Source: the human T2T-CHM13v2.0 reference genome, Homo sapiens
DNA: 64,000 bases
NCBI RefSeq assembly: GCF_009914755.1
Contig: NC_060928.1
Strand: one strand, 5' to 3'
Numbering within the stretch: position 1 is the first letter of the stretch; the number at the start of each line of letters is the position of its first letter. Below, piece after piece: positions 46,571 to 58,907 of this stretch. Below the pieces are notes generated by a model, which did no database searches, had not been told where the DNA came from, and worked only from the letters and a program-made list of their open reading frames with translations. The translations under genes and the position numbers were made by a program.

Positions 46571-47544
46571 GAATGCATTTACTTTATCTCTAGGAATTCT
46601 GAATTGTTTGCTGCATGAAAGCTTTACTTCTATATGGCCCACAACAAAGCGCTCACTTATTTTGTTCTAGGTTTAAAAATAGGGGAGATTTTTAGTATGC
46701 AATGTGGTAATAATCTCAAAGCAAATGATTTGGATTTGTTGAAGCCAGGATTTATTGTAAGAAAAAAAGCATTTTCTTGAAAGTTTCAAATACGGACTTT
46801 AGATATCAGTAACAAAGCTTCCAGGATTAGAATACAGAGGTTAATAGTAGAGTAAAACTTTAGGAAGGTTGCAGAGAAAGGAAAAGGAAAAGGAGATCCC
46901 TGCCTGGGGCTGGGAACACAACCTGACAGGGAAAAGGTCAGAGAGTAATGCTTCAGATTTAAGCTCCTATCTACCTTATCCTCTTCAACTTGAAGTCCTG
47001 GTGGAGGAAAGTAGAAAATATACCAAGGTAAGAGTCAGAAAGTCCTTACTGGAAAGAAATATGATAGCATTTTAGAAGAAATGAATTAAGGAAATTGTCA
47101 CTCATTTTTACAGATTACAATTTTGCAGCCCTGGATGAGTTAAATGACTGATACAAACTCACAGAGATAGTAGCTTACAGAGCAGCAGATGAAATATAAA
47201 ATTAGAGTATGGAATTATAGATTTAGACAGGATCTTACACATAATTATTTTTCAGTGTAGCAAAAGCAGTAGACAATCTTTACGAATTTGCCAAGTAACT
47301 AGGTCTTGGAGGAATTAACATTGGCATCTAGGCCCAGTGTTCTTCCATTATAATTTACTACCTGGAACTCAGCCCCTGATATCCAAACCTATGGCCCTTC
47401 TATAGAGAAAGCAAATATTTTGTTAACTCAGTGTTTTGTGATTAGATAAACTTAACAGATGCCACCTTCTAAAATTTTCTCCATCAAAGTGATTGCATTT
47501 ATTTTAACTTCCAATTTATCACCCAGGAAGAACCAAATTCACAC

Positions 47545-48280
47545 ATTCATTCACTCGAGGATGCATTCATTTATGCACTTACTCATTGAGTAAATAACTT
47601 TCCCTGTCCACGGCATGCTCAGCACATTCTCAGCACTAAGGATACAGCATAAACAAAACTAATAAAATATCTGCCCTCATAGAGCTTATATTCCAGGATA
47701 AGGAAAAAAGGCAAACTATAAACAAAAAGTAAGCATATAATGGGTAGTATGGCGACAACTTCCATGGAAACTATGGAGGGCGAAGGAGATAAGAAGCATT
47801 ATGCAACATAAATGGGCATGCGGAGCCTCTCTGATCAGGTGACATTTGAACAGCAATGTAAAAGGAGTGAGGAAGTTGAGAAAGTCTGTGGGAAGAGCAT
47901 TCCAGGAAGAGGGAGCAGCCACTACGGAAGCCCTAGGTGTAACAGTGCTTGATGTTTTAGAAAAATAGAGAAGGGCTCAGTAAATGGGGATGAAGTCAGG
48001 GGATGAGCTTACATAGGTAGCAGGGCAATTCTGAAGGAGCTGGGAATTTATTCTGAGTGAGACGAGAATCTACTGATGAGCCTAGAGAAGCAGGGGACTT
48101 ACTTAGAAAGCTGTTGCAGTTATTCCAATAAAAAGGAATAGTGGCTTGGACTTGATTTGTGGTGGTGGAGGGAATGAGAAATGCACAGGTTTTGGATATA
48201 TTCTGAAGATGAAGGCAGCAAAATTTGTGATCAATGCCAGGTGCGAGAAAGAAGGAGCACAGTCAAATAATTTCTAAGAT
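47545..48280 (-). mobile_element. L2 3' region
   Basis: cattcattca tail; 'ctgccctcatagagcttatattc'; 'ggatatattctgaag'. Confidence 0.75.
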
Positions 48281-48999
48281 TGATTGATTGATTTTTTTAT
48301 AGTAAAAAGAAAAATCATATGAGATCATTCTCTTTTGACACAAATTTAAAGTTCAAGAAACTGGAGCCTATCCTCTCGCCCCACACAATGTCACAGAGCA
48401 TCTGTTTGGAAGTTCCACCACCTGACTCCCTTGCTTTCAATCCTCTTTCCTCAGTAAAAGCAGTAGCCACTGGAATCCTCATCTCTCCCCTGCTGTTCTT
48501 CTCCTGTAACACTTGAGAATGTAACAAGGTAGCAGAAAGAGTTGAAGTCAGCTGAACACACATTGATCTAGGGCAATGCTCTTATTTACATTTGACTCAA
48601 ACTGTGGCCTACACACGTTAAATGCCTTCTACGGCGTGGTGTACTTAGAAGAAATGACATAACTCGACCTTGAATTCTCTTACTTTCTAGCTGTTCTTTT
48701 TTTTATCTGAAGCCATATAATTCTTTTTAAATTCTCAAGGCGTTAGCATTACATAAAAAAAATTTGACTATAATTTTGTCTGAGCTGACATTTTATATTA
48801 ACTTATATTCTTTTACTTTGAAATCTTAAAATCTCGCTTAAAAACAATATGCTTGCCCTTAATCTACCTAACTGGTGGCACCTTCTCATATTTTTACTTG
48901 GTTTATCCACCTCTATCTGTCAAAGTTCTCTAGAGGTTAATCCTCAAAAATCTCTATCTATACTCATTCTAGAGTCTAAATAAATTAAATTTGTAATTT

Positions 49000-50052
49000 T
49001 AAATAACAACTGCATACCAACGATTCAAAAAATGTAATCTATGGTCCAGACATCGCTACTGGATTCCTGATGTGTCTGTACAACTCCATTTGGAATCTAA
49101 GAAGTGTCTTAACTTCTGCTCATCTGAAACTAAACTCCCAAGTTTACATGCTTAGAATTGTTCTTCCTTCACCCGCCCTTATATGTGCTAATATTAGGTT
49201 GGTGCAAAAGTAATTGCAGTTTTTGCCATTACTTTTAATAGTACCCTCATTCTTTCAGTTGTGAACCTGGGCTAAAAATGAGCTCTGTTTCTTTCTCATA
49301 GCCACATCCAATTGGTCAGCTGGCTCTAGCAGCCCTGCTTCCATGTATGTAGAGTCTGATCATTTTCTCACTCTCAGCTCTACAGCCCTGGCCCCCGTTA
49401 ACATCATTTAGTCTTGGGTTATTGCAATATCCATTCTGCTTTCCCCGCTTCAGCTTCTGAGCCCTGCACAATAACCAGGGTGATTATTTTCAGTGGTAGG
49501 AGAGACATCATTCCTGTTTTTAGAATCTTCTCACAGGCTTCCTGTATCACCTGAGAAGCGGATGTCCTCACCGCGGGCCACAAGGCCTTCCCAACTACAC
49601 CGTGCACTCCCCCTGGCTCTAATCTCTAGGTCTTTCTCTCTGGCGCCTCCTCTCTCTGCTCCAGCCACATCAACGCCCTTACTGGTCCTAGAAGTGGCAA
49701 GCAGGAGCCTGCCCCAGGGCCTTTTTGGAATTTATTTTCACAGATATCTATAAAGCTTCTTTCCTTATTGACTTTATTCTTAATATCACCATGTCTGGGA
49801 AACTTCTCTGAGTAATTACATAAAACAGCAGGACTCTCCACCCCCACAGACCAGCCGGGTACTCCCTGTTCCTTTGCCTGTTTTATTTTTCTTCATACAC
49901 CTAACACCATCTATTACACCTTATTTTATTCGATTTTGTCTTCATTCTCTGCCTTTTTCATTAGAAAGCAAACTCCATGAAGACTGGACTTTGCTTTGTT
50001 CTTGCTGTATTGTAGTACCTGGAATAGCACCTGAGAAGCATTAGGTGCTCAC
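49000..50052 (+). mobile_element. L2 3' region
   Basis: 'ctccagccacat', 'gccccagggcctttt', 'ctccatgaagac', 'cctggaatagcacctg...taggtgctca'. Confidence 0.75.
49194..49239. mobile_element. Half MADE1 (Hsmar1 MITE)
   Basis: ta|ttaggttggtgcaaaagtaattgcagtttttgccattacttttaat; second arm missing. Confidence 0.9.
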
Positions 50053-50471
50053 TGGGCGGAATATTGCAATGAAAGGCAAAACACAATGCTGATGTTGATA
50101 GCCACGAGCAGATAATTTAGACAAAATTCATTTTCCTAAATGCCAGAATCCATATGCAAACTAGTAGATCTAGGTAACAAGCCATATTTGGGAAATGTAA
50201 ATCTTTCTTTTCACCCTTTTATGGATTTTAAACTAGTCATGGTATTTTCAAAATGCACAATTCATACTGAAACCAATTGGGAAAAATATGTTATGAAAGT
50301 TTTCTAGGGTTTATGTTTGTAGTAAAATAAATTTTAGAGTGCAGTCATAGCTCCTGTCTGCTGACAACTGCTGACAACTGCTGACAATATATAAATCTGT
50401 TTTAGAAATGGGCCAAAGGGTGCATTGCAGAGTATCCCTATGACATTTGATTTAAAATGATTTTTCAATAA

Positions 50472-50861
<390 letters not shown>

Positions 50862-51831
50862 TAACATATTTTAAAATCTTGTATCAGATGTATGTTATAT
50901 CAGATGTATAGACAAATACTTGCGAAACCAACTATTATTTTAATATGTAATTAAGCAAAAGTTTTAAAAAACGAAAAATGCATGAGACGAGTGCTTTGAA
51001 ATGGAATCAAATGAATGTTTGCTTGCCTTGATTGACATAATTCAATGGGAAATAGAAACAGATTTCCACACCAAGAATGAAAATTATTAGCCCTTCTATC
51101 CTGATTTCAGGGCTAAAACAATACATGTAGTTGCTGATAGTAAAAGTTTTATAGCACCTTTGCTTCCCAATCAGAAATGTATTGGTGGTAGATTTTGTGA
51201 CCGTGAAATGCACTGATACTGAAATATTGGTTCCATACTGAAAAGAACTACACATTTTTTGTTTAAAAGTTGATTGCCTTTAAGTAAATTGGAAAACATT
51301 AATCCAAGACTTCACTATCCTTCTTTGAAGGTCTTTGGAAAACAGTTAAAACTGGTAGGGCTGCTCCCTCCCAGTAGCAGCAGCTGGAGGAGTCAATGAA
51401 CCACCCTTCTCTAGAGCTGTGCTGGGAGGCAGGGGCCACGTAAGGAGCCTGAAGTGCTGTGAGGGGGGAGGAGCAGGTGGGGCCAGGCTCCCAGACTAAG
51501 GAGAGAAGCAGAAGGAATTTTACAGGTTGTCCCAAAAGCCATGCTTGATGCACATGATTTCTTCCCAGGAGCCCTAAATCTTCAGAAAAAAAAATATATT
51601 GGCATGCTTGATATAGAAGTCACCAAGGGAGACTTTCGCAGCCATGTCAGTCTTGTGGTGGAAACAGATGGTCTCTGTGGCTGCAGGGTAAAGTAGAGGG
51701 AGAAAAATTGAGGTTTGGCTTCTGAATCATGTGTATCTGAATATTAAAAGGGTAGAGAGCCTTCTAATTGAAACTTGAATCACATTTTGATGTCAGTTGT
51801 CATAAGGGATCTTTGACCTAACCTAAAGTCA

Positions 51832-52263
51832 GGGATTGTACAGAGGAGTGGATGACGGGATTGTACAGAGGAGTGGACCATGGGATTGTACAGAGGAGTG
51901 GATGATGGGATTGTACTGAGGAGTGGATGATGAGATTGTACAGAGGAGTGGACGATGAGATTGCACAGAGGAGTGGACGATGGGATTGTACAGAGGAGTG
52001 GATGATGGGATTGCACAGAGGAGTGGATGATGGGATTGTACAGAGGAGTGGACGATGGGATTGTACTGAGGAGTGGACGATGGGATTGTACAGAGGAGTG
52101 GATGATGGGATTGTACAGAGGAGTGGATGATGGGATTGCACAGAGGAGTGGATGATGGGATTGCACAGAGGAGTGGATGATGGGATTGTACAGAGGAGTG
52201 GATGATGAGATTGCACAGAGGAGTGGATGATGGGATTGTACAGAGGAGCGGATGATGAGATTC
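51832..52263. repeat. 25-bp minisatellite, ~17 copies
   Basis: Unit gggattgYacagaggagtggaYgat. Confidence 0.98.
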
Positions 52264-52571
52264 CACTAAGATACTCTGGGATGGGTGTTGTGCAGTTGCT
52301 GTGATGAAGAGAGAGTTAATTTTAAAAAAAGAATCAATCATTAGAGCATTATATGATTTTTAAAGGACAACTACATATTTGGAATTTCTTCATGAAGGAA
52401 GCAGCAATATTCCAAAAATTTCTCTAATTTTTTAGAGAAAAAAAATGAATCTGCTAGGAGGATATTTATTGAGTGCACCCTGGAACTACTGAACGAAACC
52501 ACACAATAGCTGAGTCCACAAAACCTACCAAGAGCCTACTCGCTACTTTCACGCCAGGAAAATTTTAAGGA

Positions 52572-52623
52572 CAGGCACACCTCATTTTATGGTTTCACTT
52601 TCTCGTGCTTCACAGATAATGTT

Positions 52624-52671
<48 letters not shown>

Positions 52672-54998
52672 ATTGAAGGTTTGTGGCAACCCTGCTTTGG
52701 GCAAGTCTACTGCCAACAAATTTTCAATAGCACTTTCTGTCTCTGTGTCACATTTGGTGATTCTCACAATATTTAAAACTGTTCATTATTGTTATCTCTG
52801 TGATGGTGATCTGTGATCGGTGATCTTTGATGTTATTATTATAAATGTTTTGGTTGCCATGATCCATGGCAGCCTTCACATACAGCGTCTGCAGGTTTTA
52901 CCTGCTCCACTGACCAGCTGCTCCTCTCTCTCTCTCTCTCTCTGTCTGTCTCTCAGTCTTTGAGTCTCCCTATTATCTGAGACACAGTTATATTAAATCG
53001 AGCCAATTAATAATCACAGTGGTCTCCAAATATTCAAATAAAAGAAATAATTGCATATCTTTCACTTTAACTCTAGAGCTAGAAATGATTAAGCTTAATG
53101 AGGATGATGTCAAAAGCCAAAATAAGCCAAAAGGTAGGCCCCCTGCACCAAACAGTCAAGTTGTAAATGTAAAGGAAAAGTCCTTCCAGGAAATTAAAAC
53201 TGCTCTTGCAGTGAACACACAAATAATGAGAAAGCAAAACAGCCTTATTGCTGATATGGAGAAAGTTTGAGTGGTCTGGATGGAAAATCAAACCAGCCAC
53301 AAAATTCCCATAACCAGAGCCTCATCCAAAGCAGGGCCCTAACTCTCATCCATTGTATGAAGGCTGAGACAGGTGAGGATGCTGTAGAAGAAAGTTGAAA
53401 GACAGCAGATTGATTCATGAGGTTTAAGAAAAGAAGCCACCTTTGTAACCTAAAAGTGTGAGGTAAAGCAGCAAGTGCTGATGGAGAAGCTGCAGCAAGT
53501 TATCTAGAAGATTCTTGATCACTGATGAGGGTGGCTACACGAAACAATCGATTTTCAATATAGGTGAAACAGCCTTTTATTGGAAAAAGATGCCATGTAG
53601 AATTTTCATTGCCAGAGATAAGTCAACGCCTGGCTTCAAAACTTCAAAGGACAGGCTGACTCTCTTTCAGGGACCACTGTGGCTAGTGACTTCAAGTTGC
53701 AGCCAATGCTCATTTACCATTCTGAAAATCCCAGGGCCCTTAAGAATTATGCTAAATCTGCTCTTTCTGTGCTCGAGAAATGGAACATCACAACCTGGTT
53801 GGCAGCACGTATGTTAAAAGCATGTTTTACTGACTAAGCCCACTGTTGAGACCTACTGCTCAGAAAAAATATGATTCCTTTAAGAATATTGCTGCTCATT
53901 GACAATTCACCTAGTTTCTCAGGAGCTTTGATGGAGATGTATAGGGAAACTAGTATTGCTTTCATGTCTGCTAATACAATATCCATTTTGCAGCCCATGG
54001 ATCAAGGAGCAGTTCCGAGTTTTCAAGTCTTATTATTAAATAAGAAATGCATTTTGTAAAGGTATAGCTGTCGTAGATAGTGATTTCTTTGATGGATCTG
54101 AAAAAAGTGAATTGAAAACCTTTTGGAAAGGATTCACCATTAGGACATTTGTGATTCATGCGGGGAGGTTGAAATATCAACATTAACAGGAGTTTGGAAG
54201 AAGTTGATTCCAGCCCTCATGGATGACTTTGAGGGCTCAGGATGTCAGTGGAGGAAGTCCCTGCAGATGTGGTAGAAATCGCAAGACAACTAGAATTAGA
54301 ATTAGAGCCTTAAGATGAGATGAAATTGCTGTAAACTCATGATGCAACTTGAACAAATGGGGAGTTGCTTCTTATGGATGAACAAAGAAAATATTTTCTT
54401 GAGATGGAATCTAATCCAGGTGGAGATGCTATGAACATTGTTGAAATGACAACAAAGGATTTAGAAAATTCCATAAACCTAGTTGATAAAGCAGCAGCAG
54501 GGTTAGAGAGGGTTTACTCCAATTTTGAAGGAAGTTCTTCTGTGGATAAAATGCTATCAAATAGCATCATATGCTACAGGGAAATCTTTTGTGAAAGAAA
54601 CAGTGTATCAATGCAACAAACCCCATTCTCTTATTTTTAAGAAATTGCCACAGGCACCCAACCTTCAGCAGCCCCCACCCTGAGCAGTCAGCAGCCCCCA
54701 CCCTGAGCAGTCAGCAGCCATCAATATAGAGGCAAGATCCGCACCAAGGAAAAGATTATGACCTGTTCAAGGCTCAACATTCGTTGGTATTTTTTTTAGC
54801 AATAAAGTGTTTTTAATTAAGGTATGCACGTACTGTTTTTAAGCATAAGGCTATTAACATACTCATTAGACTACAGTATAAACACAACTTTTATATGCAC
54901 TGGGAAACCAAAAAAATTTGTATGACTAACTTTGTTGCAACATTTGTCTTATTGCAGTGGTCTGGAACCAAATCCACAATACCTCTGAGGTGTGCTTG
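52572..54998 (+). mobile_element. Full-length Tigger1 (pogo-family DNA transposon) with dead transposase
   Basis: TIRs caggcacacctc and gaggtgtgcttg|ta; ~2.43 kb; DDE-domain remnants [28 protein letters not shown]. Confidence 0.95.
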
Positions 54999-55002
54999 TA
55001 GG

Positions 55003-55298
55003 TTTGTTGTTTTATGTTTTGAGATGAGGTCTCACTCTGTCACCAAGGCTAGAGTACAGTGGCATGATCATAGCTCACTGCAGTCTCGAACTCCTGGGGC
55101 CAAGTGATCCTCCCACCACAGCCTCCTGAGTAGCTGGGACTACAGGCATGCAACACTACACCTCGCTAATTTTTAATTTATTTGTAGAGATAGGATTGCA
55201 CTGTTGCTCAGGCTGGTCTTGAACTCCAGGGCTCAAGCAATCCTCCCACCTTGGCCTCCCAAAGTGCTGAGATTACAAGCATGAGCCACCACATCCAG
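55003..55298 (-). mobile_element. AluJ
   Basis: 'catagctcactgcag', 'gggctcaagcaatcctccc'. Confidence 0.92.
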
Positions 55299-55354
55299 GT
55301 TGTCTGTAGTTTTTTAAAACAAAAATATAATTTAAAAGATTAAAAGTTAAAATA

Positions 55355-55900
55355 GATTTTCACAAATATATATATCTACCATTATAGCATAATGGAGAAT
55401 AGTTTCACTGCCCTAAAAATAATCTGTGTTCTGTGTATCCATCTCTTCCTTCCCCTTGGTTCATGGCAACCACTGATTTTTCTACTGTTCCCATAGTTTC
55501 ACCGTTTCCAGAACGTCATATAATTGGAATCGAACAGTATGTAGCCTTTTCGGATTGGCTTCTTCTCTTAGCAATATGTATTTAAGTTTCCTCCATGTAT
55601 TTTTTTGTGGCTTGATAGATCATCTCCCGTTAGCAGTGAATAATATCCCATTGCCATTAAACTTTTGTCAAGACTCAGAACGTGCAACATGAAGAGTAAA
55701 CCTGAATGTGCACTGTAAGCTTTGAGTGATACTGAAGGGTCAAGGCAGGTTCCTGGTTGTCACAGGTGTGCTCCTGTGAGGCAGGAAGCTGTAGTGGGGA
55801 GGCTGTGTGTGGGGAGAGGGACATATGGGAAGCCTGTACCCTCTGCTCCATTTAGCTGTGAACCTGCACTTCTCTAAAAAATAAAATTTATTTATTAAAA
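55355..55900. mobile_element. L1MC 3' end with internal inversion (minus 55355-55652, plus 55654-55900)
   Basis: Two adjacent pieces of the L1MC 3'UTR in opposite orientation; plus piece ends 'gctgtgaacct...aaaaaataaa'. Confidence 0.8.
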
Positions 55901-56149
55901 CTAAAAAACAAAATATTAAAAAATTAAAAATTACAATATGTCATATACTTTCCAAATCACAAGACAGAGACAAAGACATAATAAAACAAAATGTAGAAAA
56001 CAACAAACATAGGAATAAAACATCAGTGATAGAAGGCAGAAGACAGAAAAGCGGAGCCAAACACATTAATTTATGTAATTATTAGTTATATTCATTTATG
56101 CTAACTTATATTGATTTAACAAATTAATTTTGACTAAACGGCATTAAAG

Positions 56150-56690
56150 GAGGTTTGAGGAATTTGCTTGTCACCTTCTGGATGAGAGGACTCAATAATA
56201 TGAACTCTTTCATTGGCTGTAAATTATTTTAAAATATGCTCACATTCCAATACAAATTCCATGAAGAATATTTTGGAACAAGAAAACGTGATTTTAAATT
56301 CATCTGATGAACAAACACACACTGAGAGCCAATATTACCAAATAAATCTGCAAGATATTTAAGATCATTATAACTTTTCAAAATTAAACATTTGATATGG
56401 CACAAAAATAAACACGTAAATGAAAGAGAATTAAAAACACAGAAATTTTGTGTAATTTTGTGTGGTAACAGAGTAACATTTCAAATCTACAAATCAAGAA
56501 TAATTATCCCATTGGTGGTATTATTGGAGTAATAAACAAAACTGCCTAAAATGTGAAGTTCTTACACATTTCAACACTATGTAAAAAGCACAAGACAAAC
56601 AACTGGGGACATTTTTACAACAATTACGTTACATAAAAGTTAAAATCCTTATGACATATACAATGCATAAAACATTATAATTATTGCTAT
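56150..56690 (+). mobile_element. Very old L1M fragments
   Basis: 'ggatgagaggactcaataat', 'gattttaaattcatctg', 'agacaaacaactggggacattttac' are decayed ORF2-like. Confidence 0.5.
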
Positions 56691-57007
56691 TAGTACTACC
56701 ATTATGATTACCTGGTCTTCCCACACACCTGTCCTCTTCCGGTGCCCTGTGGTGAAACAGAGCCCTCCCTCTCTGGCCACAGTTGAGGGATCCAGCAGGA
56801 ACCCTGCCTAAACCCACAGAGGGTGTGAGCCAAGCTGGGACATCACATTCCCTCCTGCAATGATGCAGATACCCACTCACGACAGAGATTTGGTCCCTCT
56901 CTCAAAAAATTGTGTAGCAATTATTGCGGAAACTTGTTTCTTGTCCCCAGACACATGGAGAAACTGATCTGGAAGACTGATGTCCACACGCTAAGAGAAG
57001 CAGTCAC

Positions 57008-57352
57008 TCATACACACACTGCACACACACCACACCATGTGCACACACACACACACCCCACACACACACCACACAAACAGCACACACCACACCACACGAC
57101 ACACACATGAACATAACACACACAGCATCACACACCACACACACATCACACATACCACACACATACACACATACACATACACTACACACAGAGACACCAC
57201 ACACAATACACACAAACTACACACCCACAACACAATGCACACACACCACACACAACACACAGTACATACAGCACACCAAACACACACACCACACACACAC
57301 CCTGCACACAAGTCACACACCTACACCCCCACATACTCCACAGCATACATAC
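57008..57352. repeat. Imperfect (CA)n / CACAC low-complexity tract
   Basis: ~345 bp of interrupted CA repeats. Confidence 0.95.
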
Positions 57353-58907
57353 AATCCTCACTTTTTGGAAATTAATTCGGTTTTTACAGAGCCTGGATAG
57401 TAAAATATTTTACTGGCGTTTGAATAAGCCAAGAAAATGCAGATAAATACACATGTGTAACCACAAGGGCACAAGTACCACTGTGGAAATCACAACATTA
57501 GATTAAACCCTGTAAATTGTTTGTCGTTTTAAAAAAACGAGTCTTTCTTATTTTACTAGAAACTATTTACCAGAGTAAACTAATGAGAGTCTTACTGAGG
57601 TCAAGACTTTTTGGAAAAACTTCTCCTTGATGAAATTGCACTTAAAACATCACTTCCATCGTGAAGTATTTCTTTAAGATGTTCTTGGTCCCTTTCCTGT
57701 TATGTGGAATCGTCAATTCAAATTTTAAAGGAGACTTTGAGATGTTTTTCATCTATTATTTTAAAAATGTTGAAGGGGTTTTTAATTCTGCCTTCAACAG
57801 AGATTGACATACCTCTGATTATGATGTAAAACTGAACACGTTACTCTGACAGGCTTTCTCCTCTGCAGCGCAGCTGCCATCATTAATAACAATTGAATGC
57901 TTTTACTCCATGCAAAATCTATATTACCTGCTTTATAAAGAACAGAAATCTAATTCTCACTATAAAGGCAGATAAAAGTAATCCCTTCAACCTACAGAAG
58001 TCTGAATGATTTACCAATGCACTTAGACTTTAGCATTTATCAAATGTGTGTATATACCTACACAGATTCATATGAAGAACATGTAGTTTAAAGCATTGCA
58101 AATTTTATGCTTTTAATGAGTTGTGATGGTCATTAATATTTTTATCACATTTCCCCAAAGGTAGGCTACTTACCGTTTTTATTTCCAGATAGAAATATAA
58201 AATGTATTCTCTATTTTTTATGATTTTGAAATATAACCCTTGGAATATAATATCTGGTTATAATATCTATGAAAAGCATGAAATCAACAGTCAAACAGTA
58301 TGCATTTATCCATAATGCAAATCTTCTCTACAATAACATCTATCTTCTTTACCTGCTGGGCACACAAAAGTCACGATTTCTCACATGGCTGGATGTTACT
58401 TTCATTAAACTTGAACCACCATCGAGTGCAGCAGAAACTGGGCAAGAGGCCACAAAGTACACAATACACACACACACACACACACATGCAAGCTTGCATT
58501 ATTATACTTACCTAAGTGTTTAAAGAGGTGGATAATTATATTAGGCTTCTCCAGAACAATGATTTTTATGGGGCCTATTGGAAAGTATGACTGCAGTTTG
58601 AGTGAGATACCTGTAAGAGATTCAATTTGGCCACTATTTATTGAGTATCCAATTTTGAAAATACTAACAGAAGGCTCATGAGATAGAAATTTCCATCTAA
58701 AACTCTGGGAAATGTGCTCCTCGATACTGTAGCAAAAAGAGTGGTGTGGCAATTGTAAAACACATCTAATATCTAAACCTTTGTTTTTTAATCCAAAATC
58801 CTTATGGGGGTGATTGTGTGTGTCAATTTGAAAATTCCCATTAACAAGATAAATAGCCAGCCCACCTCTATGAATTAATAATTAATTTAGTTCACCTGCT
58901 CTATATT

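Noticed and set aside
46650-47035. Isolated plus-strand acceptor (~46670) and donor (~47027)
   Set aside because: No recognisable product or exon chain; compatible with chance
49194-49239. miR-548-like hairpin from MADE1
   Set aside because: Only one arm is present, so no hairpin can form
51780-52341. His/Pro/Ser-rich ORFs
   Set aside because: Translations of the 25-bp VNTR in three frames
53019-54640. Domesticated TIGD-like transposase
   Set aside because: Many stops and frameshifts; a catalytic Asp position reads IGET instead of the expected VDET
56910-57400. His/Thr and Cys/Val-rich ORFs
   Set aside because: CA low-complexity artefact
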